Source: Ginkgo biloba
Taxonomy: Eukaryota > Plantae > Ginkgophyta
NCBI GenBank assembly: GCA_024626585.2
Contig: JANKJI020000002.1
Span: 125,671,567-125,688,551, forward strand
Direction: 5' to 3'
DNA length: 16,985 nucleotides
Shown: positions 10,500-16,985 of the stretch, in pieces
How the letters are laid out: every line of letters starts with the position of its first letter
Position numbering within the stretch: the stretch's first letter is position 1
The notes under the pieces: model-generated
The model's input: the letters and a program-made list of their open reading frames with translations, nothing else
Told to the model about the DNA's origin: nothing
Databases searched by the model: none
Program-made: the position numbers and the translations under genes

Positions 10500-11460
10500 A
10501 TATTCTTAAGCACAAAGCTAAATTCCTAAATTTTGTAGAAGCTCATCCCGTATAAGAGGCATTAGAGAATGTAGGGTTAGCAAACTTTCTAATGATGTGG
10601 CAACTCTTCTACGAACCAACAAACCTAGCCTCTACAATTGGTATGGCCGCTCAATGCCTTGACACTCTCTTCCCAAGCCGCTATCCTCGAAGTCACAAGA
10701 TTGCCCTATGATGGGCCAGAGACAAGACAAGATAGATAGACCATCACTAAACAATACTACGTGAAGTTGTCAAATGCATCCACACCTGGAATTCACAGAG
10801 ATGGACTCAAAGATCCAAACCTTAGATGGATTACGCAATTCCTAGTAGCAAAACTATTTGAACATCATATATACACCCATATAGTGACACAACTTCGAAA
10901 GGCCATTCAGCAAGTAAAACAAGGAACCCATTATAATTGGTGTGCTTTCATCTAGTTTAGAATGCTAGCATTATTGATAAAGTTTGAGGAAATCCTGTAG
11001 ACATCTTCTTTCTTCTATCCTGTGATCTTCATTAGGTTATTATTCGCTCAATGTCTAAAGTTAGAGTTGCCCCTTCCAAATCCTAATGCTAAATTCCCAC
11101 AGTTTGTTAGATGGTCTAGCCGCCACTTGAAGGGAACTATTCAAAAGTGAAAATGTCAAGTGTATGATGTCAGAATTTGCAAAGATATTAGAGTGGCTAG
11201 TGTCGATGTATGAGAAACAAGCAATAACAATCGCAAGAGTAGGCAAGAAAGCAGTCACAACTGAGGAAAGTGACAAGGAAAAAATAGTTTGGTTGGAAGA
11301 CAAAGATTCAGAAGACAAAAGCAATAGCATTCACAGAGGAAGGAACCGATCACTAACCAAAAGCCAATTATGTAGGATTTATTGATGAAGAGAAAGGAAA
11401 GAAAAAGGGAAAGGCACCAGCAACAAAGGAGGTGCCAGCTGCATCAACACCTCAAATTTG
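10500..11460 (+). pseudogene. Decayed retrotransposon extra ORF (plant-transposon-protein / 'env-like' accessory type)
   Basis: Reading across stops: EALENVGLANFL..AILEVTRLPYDG..YYVKLSNASTPGIHRDGLKDPNLRWITQFLVAKLF..VKQGTHYNWCAFI*FRMLALL..SFFYPVIFIRLLF.., then a charged tail EESDKEKIVWLEDKDSED..KEKGKAP. The IxEVTGLP, GxxxNW and F.Y..L.TR-type motifs are ones I recognise from plant LTR accessory ORFs. Confidence 0.6.
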
Positions 11461-11717
11461 AACTAAGGAAATAATTACATCTTAAGAGAAGGAAACTTGT
11501 TATCAAGGAGTGTAGGTACAAACAACCAACCAATCCCCATATACATCATTGGAAATCATTCCNNNNNNNNNNNNNNNNNNNNNNNNNNNNNNNNNNNNNN
11601 NNNNNNNNNNNNNNNNNNNNNNNNNNNNNNNNNNNNNNNNNNNNNNNNNNNNNNNNNNNNNNTGGTCCCTTCCTTGTATCTATAATCCAAGTGAAGGTTG
11701 AGAGCCTTGGTCCCTCC

Positions 11718-11733
11718 AAAGGAAGGGCGATGT
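11718..11733 (+). other. Possible polypurine tract followed by a TG LTR start
   Basis: aaaggaagggcga|tgt just after a 100-N gap; no paired LTR to confirm. Confidence 0.3.
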
Positions 11734-12119
11734 CTATCCACACAATAATCTTATATTTATAGAACTTTGGATGTCACATGAAAATCAAATTTTGGAAAAT
11801 CGCATTATGGAATTTTTTAATTCCACTCAGTGGAATTACAATAAAAACATTACTTTTTCTCTCTAAACTTTAAACTTGCAACCTATGTTTCTTCAAACTA
11901 ATGAATTACCATCAATTCCACATGAATTTTGATATAATATTGTGTGTTTAAATTATTTTATGTTGTATTTCCATGAGATGTTGTAATCCCAAAGGTAGTT
12001 TCCCCTAGTGGTTTTTACATGACCTCTAAAGTGCTCACCCATCACCATAAAGATGAGATTATTGAGTAGATAGACTTGTGCCAAATGAAGTATATATTAT
12101 AGTTCATTTTTCAAGAAAA

Positions 12120-12550
12120 TTATAAAGCAATCCATTCTATCTGCTAAGCAGCTGGTCCCTGATTCAATTCTGCCGTGAGACTAAACCGTTTTCTTACTAC
12201 CTCTTGCCGTCCGGAGGGAATCGACGGTCCAAAGCTCTTCCGAAAGCTGCGCATGGTAGGGATTGGGCTCTTTTAGTCAAACAGTGACGGTCCTGTTCAT
12301 GTACGGAGAATGGCGTTAATTGACAGAAAGTGTGTAGCTGTTCAAGTCAAGCGGTTTGACCTGCGGTCTCTGTTTGTTATGCTGTAATTAAATTTGTTTG
12401 CCCGTGAATATCTTTACCTCTCTGATGTTAACACAAAAAATGGCGCGTAGCGAAATTCATTGTCTATAATGTACTACCGAACTTGGGAATCAATTACCTA
12501 TTATGCGAAGACCATGTAGTTGTCTCAACTATGGTTAATGACGTGGGATG
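12120..12550. promoter_or_regulatory. CpG-retaining cis-regulatory island (W-box cluster, CGCG box, TGACGTGG, TATA-like)
   Basis: About 20 CpG counted by eye in 12170-12545, versus almost none in the preceding ~350 bp. W-boxes AGTCAA 12275-12280, AGTCAA 12345-12350, TTGACC 12356-12361; GCGCGT 12443-12448; TGACGTGG 12539-12546; GACGGTCC twice (12223, 12286); TATAAA 12121-12126. Confidence 0.5.
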
Positions 12551-14243
12551 AGGATTAGGTATTTAATTTTTATTGCTTTGGGGGTTTGAGTTTGGTGCAG
12601 GTGGGGTCTATTTCAAGTTGGGAGGGACCGGTGTGGGGACAAGATTCAAGTGTTGGAGGGATTAAGAGGCAAGAAATCATCATCTAACAAAATTGGTCCA
12701 CGATCGAATCTACGGTGGAAAGTCGTTCTCTTGTTCATAACAAGTTGGATTTCATGATAACTTTGTTTTGTTTTCTCAATTTTTTTATACAATCAAATTT
12801 GAAATTAAGTAGGAGCCAGTGCATTAGGAGTCTAAGCCTCTGGTGTGTGCATTGGTTGGCAACCACCTATAACTCCCCTACATGTAGTCCATCGTAGATT
12901 TGAATGAAATTACAAACTTCAAAATTGATTCATATTCAATGGAAGGGGTTTAAACCCATTATTCAAGACTAATCCAAATGTTGCTCTTGTAAAAACTTTG
13001 GCTTTCAAAAAACATGAGGAGGAGGAACAATAGTAGGAAGTGATACAAGGTGCCTTTCCAAAATTGCAATAGCTTTATAAAAGGAATTCCCATACAAAAC
13101 TAATTGACAAATAAATACAAATTACTATACACAGGTGGGAATAATCAAAAGTGGATTAGAACAAGCCCAATCACTAGTTCTATATGTTGTTGATTAAATA
13201 CTTAGTTATAAAGAGACAAACTTTTAGGTGGGAGCTTAACTTGTCCAAAGGATGTGAACAATGGAAGTTCTTTAACCCAAAGGACCCTTTCTCAAATGGT
13301 ACGTAAAAGATATATTCATCTAGTTGGTTCATAGGGCATCATATTATACAACACTTCTACCTTAAAGAAAAAAAAAATTNNNNNNNNNNNNNNNNNNNNN
13401 NNNNNNNNNNNNNNNNNNNNNNNNNNNCATGGGACATGGCATACTAGTTAGAAATGGGTATTATGCAAAAACCATGATTGAATCCCTGTCGGGCTTACCC
13501 ACTAGTTGTAAATTTTTTGCTCAAATATGTAAAATAAAATGTAAGAAATTTAATGTAGTATTTTGTATATATACTTAAGCATAATGAGACCAAGAAGAAG
13601 ATATGTTAGGTACATCTTATAAGACTCAAGGTCTTCATAGAATTTAGAGTATAAAAAATGNNNNNNNNNNNNNNNNNNNNNNNNNNNNNNNNNNNNNNNN
13701 NNNNNNNNNNNNNNNNNNNNNNNNNNNNNNNNNNNNNNNNNNNNNNNNNNNNNNNNNNNNNNNNNNNNNNNNNNNNNNNNNNNNNNNNNNNNNNNNNNNN
13801 NNNNNNNNNNNNNNNNNNNNNNNNGGATTTAAAATTGTACATTAAATAACCCTTGGTAAACTTTGATGTACCCTTGCCAAAAGATTTTTCAAGGTGAACT
13901 CTTAGAATGTGGAAGCATCTTAAAACATGGAAGTACTAGAGAAGAACACTGTTATATTGTTGTCTGAATTGCTCAACAACCTTCTATAGCTTTGTATGAC
14001 ACTAGTTGTCCATGTTTGCAACTAAATGTCTACTCCAAATTTTGAATTTGGCTCTTTGAGAAAAAGGTACAATCCTTGTAGTAGGCGTGACGACTTTCCC
14101 TATCAAGACAACATGATTTTGAACTACAACCCAGTTCCTTTCTCTTACATGGTAACTTCCTCCCTGTAGCTAAAAAATCCACTAAGTCATTGTTGAACAC
14201 GTGTGAAATCTTACACACAACCTAAGATCGAGACCCAATAGAA

Positions 14244-14744
14244 TGTTCTAAGATCTACATACACACATAAGAACTACAAGCTAGATTCTTAACCCGATAG
14301 TAACTTAAGAGAATTAAAGAATAAGAGATTAAATAGAATGGAATCAAATCTATTAACTCTCAAAGAGCTCTAAAGAAGTTACAACAATACAATAACACAC
14401 ACTATATGTGAGAATACAAGTGCATGGCTCATTTTATGAGAAAATTATGAATAAATATATTAACATGCCTATGTAAGAGACAAAGCTCATATAATCACAT
14501 ACAACTGTCCATGCAACTATAGACTTGGAATCCATGCAAGGAGTCTTATAGTTACTAAAAATTCCAATGGTGGAAACTAAACCACATATTAGGAGAAAAC
14601 CAATGGTGGAGGAAAAACTCCTAATTAGTAATTATGGAAAAATAATTAATTCTTCAAAATGATTTCCATAAGGTCATAGCTTCTCTCATGGACTATGCCA
14701 TAGGACCTCATGCTAGTCCCTTTACGAGCTCTTATGGCTCATCA
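14244..14744 (-). repeat. Putative 3' LTR of the minus-strand gypsy element (distal boundary uncertain)
   Basis: Begins TGATGAGCC 2 nt after the PPT. Candidate ends are ..AGAACA at 14244 or ..ACATCA at 13864. Contains a short repeat ccaatggtgga (14563, 14600). Confidence 0.55.
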
Positions 14745-14746
14745 TG

Positions 14747-14758
14747 TCTTCCCTCCTC
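14747..14758 (-). other. Polypurine tract
   Basis: Minus strand GAGGAGGGAAGA, between the end of pol and the TG of the LTR. Confidence 0.75.
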
Positions 14759-14769
14759 GGGAAGCAATG

Positions 14770-16985
14770 GATCCCATTACTTAGTCTAATAGGCGTATCA
14801 TCTCCTACTTTAATTTATATAATGTTATCCACTTTCCCTGGAGTCGATATTATCCTTTCTTTCCAACTATCAAAGAGTTGATAGTAGAATACCTTATCTT
14901 CTTCACTCGGTGTGAAAATATCCTATCCTCCTGAGGAGATTTTGTATAATCTAGTTACAACCCATCTAGATGTTGAGGAAGATCTGTGGCTAACTCATCT
15001 AACAATGGTAGCTCATAGAATTTCAACTTGTCCACATTAAACACAAGATGGAGTCCCATGTATGAAGGTAAGTTTAAATAAAATACATTCTCTCCAAATT
15101 ATTTGAAAATGGTGTATGGTTTATACTAAAGTGGCTTCATCTTACACTTCTTGTCCTTAAACCTCTCCTTAGGTAGATAGACCCATACCCTATCTCCAAC
15201 CTAAACAGTNNNNNNNNNNNNNNNNNNNNNNNNNNNNNNNNNNNNNNNNNNNNNNNNNNNNNNNNNNNNNNNNNNNNNNNNNNNNNNNNNNNNNNNNNNN
15301 NNNNNNNNNNNNNNNNNNNNNNNNNNNNNNNNNNNNNNNNNNNNNNNNNNNNNNNNNNNNNNNNNNNNNNNNNNNNNNNNNNNNNNNNNNNNNNNNNNNN
15401 NNNNNNNNNNNNNNNNNNNNNNNNNNAGAGAAAGACCAAGTGAGTAATGAAAAGCCCAATTGTAACTATGTTAGATATAAGGAAGGGACTCATCCCAAGT
15501 CTTGGGATGACTATATTTGAAGATCTACAAAGCATGCATCAATGCCCTATTAACCAACTATTTAGTCATCTATCTATGGGTGAAAAAAAGTTAACCTCTT
15601 CAATTTAGTATCCATCATCCCCTGTAAGCTAGTATACAATGACTAAGAAACCCACTATCTCAATAAGATATAATAGAATAAGGCAATCTAAAATGAGTCC
15701 AGTCATGAGTGAAGAATAATCTAACAACCTATGGTATAGATATTACCTTATGATATGCCATCAAAATGGCCATCTTACTAAACTCATCCACTACTATAAA
15801 TATATAAGTATTATCTCAATGGCATTACCTGAAGCATCTGTGTTAACCTTGAAGGATAACTAAAGATTTAGTATTGCCAAAACTTGTGTGATGTAAGGTC
15901 TATTCTTCAACAAGTAAAAAATATCCTACTCCTCCTTACCCCATGTGAAGGCATGCTTAGACTTTAGGAGATGATGCAAAGGTGAATCTATCTCTAAGAA
16001 ACCTTATAGAAACTTTTGATAGAAGTTTGTCAATCCCAAGAAAATGCAAAGATCATTTATATTTATAAGATGAAAATAATCCCTTAAGATATTGATCTTT
16101 GGGAGATCCACTCGAAAACCATATTTGTCAATGATGAACCCTCAGCATGATATATTGTGTATGGTGAAGTGACACTTTTTATATTATCCTATAACTAACA
16201 CTCTTGCAACTATTGAAGAACTTATTTCAAGTGCCTAATATTCTCTTCCCATGTGTGAATAAAAATAAATATATCATTAAGGTATATTAGTATAAAAGAA
16301 TCTAATAAGGTTCAAATAAAATCATTTATCAATATCATAAAAGTATCAAGTGCATTGGTTAGCCAAAAATTCACGATCAACCACTCGTAGAGCCCCTTAT
16401 TCATCTTAAAAGAAGTCATTTAGGTATCTTGTTTCTTCATTATCACCTAGTAGTAACTCAACTTTAAATTAATTTTACTAAATCACATATCTCCTTGAAG
16501 TGGATGCAAAATATCATTAATGAATGATAAACAATACATATTTTTCACTATAATATTATCGATTACCTTGTAGTCTATGCACATGCACCATGTTCCATCC
16601 TTATTTGACATTAACATAATGGAAGAACCATATGGAGAGGCACTAGTATTGATGTACTCCTTCTCTAATAACTTTATCAATTGCCTTTTGATCTCCTCAT
16701 TTTTTACTACTAACTTGTAGTAAAGATCCCTAGTGGGTAAATTTACACCTATAAGCATATATATAGCATAAGGAATTACCCTTTTAAAAGGAAGGCTACA
16801 TGGAGATCTAAAAATATCAACACAATTATAAAAATATATTTGATTTAATATTCATATTTTACATTTTATATAGATATTTTTAACTAAGTAGGAGTCTTAA
16901 AACTCAACTCCTTATATCCTCGAATCATAATCAAAATATTTTTTGTGAATCTTGCACCAACCATTTAGCCTATGAATTACTAACT
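14770..16985 (-). mobile_element. pol: Degenerate Ty3/gypsy chromovirus (CRM-like) pol: RT, partial RNase H, integrase core, GPY/F region and chromo-like tail
   Basis: RT: EEIKRQLIKLLEKEYINTSASPYGSSIMLMSNKDGTWCMCIDYK..FSKINLK..GLYEWLIVNFWLTNA..YLND. RNase H start: VLAILNL*LSFKVNTDASG. Integrase: IVVDEFSKMAILM..MMDTKLKR..HPKTWDESLPYI*HSYN. C-terminus: VGDRVWVYLPKER..YKPYTI..LPSYMGLHLVFNVDKLKFYE. Many stops. Confidence 0.95.

Noticed and set aside
12178-12190. CTAAACCG as a telomerase RNA template
   Set aside because: Not CTAAACCCT, and there is no correctly spaced USE-TATA promoter.
12321-12340. TGACAGAA.. resembling miR156
   Set aside because: Only the first 8 nt match and there is no complementary star arm.
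14030-14218. 62-aa minus-strand ORF (DLVDFLATGR..) as an integrase N-terminus
   Set aside because: Resemblance too weak; no HHCC or other supporting motif.
14921-14936. CTATCCTCCTGAG resembling a miR390 target site (TAS3)
   Set aside because: Partial match inside the pol tail; no tasiARF sequence nearby.
1-16985. CRISPR array, prokaryotic defence system, tRNA or rRNA
   Set aside because: No regularly spaced repeats, operon-like ORFs or RNA-gene signatures; the content is plant retroelement-like.

Overview
AT-rich eukaryotic DNA from a gappy draft assembly (11 N-runs; three are exactly 100 N, i.e. probably gaps of unknown size). It looks like a large-genome land plant, probably a gymnosperm (inferred from retroelement style, not proven). 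Most of the window is decayed Ty3/gypsy LTR retrotransposons: (i) an RT-RNase H remnant at 2-1086 (+); (ii) a 5'-region fragment at ~2345-3670 with a ~380-bp tandem duplication; (iii) an Athila/Tat-like element from 6312 (+) with LTR, PBS, multi-zinc-knuckle gag and protease, plus a decayed extra ORF at ~10500-11460; (iv) a chromovirus/CRM-like pol, PPT and 3' LTR at ~14244-16985 (-) with a large internal deletion. Two host-like islands stand out: an intact 48-bp exon of an ABHD17/ABAPT-type de-S-acylase gene (5226-5273, -) and a CpG-rich island with W-box, CGCG and G-box motifs (~12120-12550). No intact full-length ORF, tRNA, rRNA or CRISPR array is supported, and I cannot claim a clearly novel system from sequence alone.
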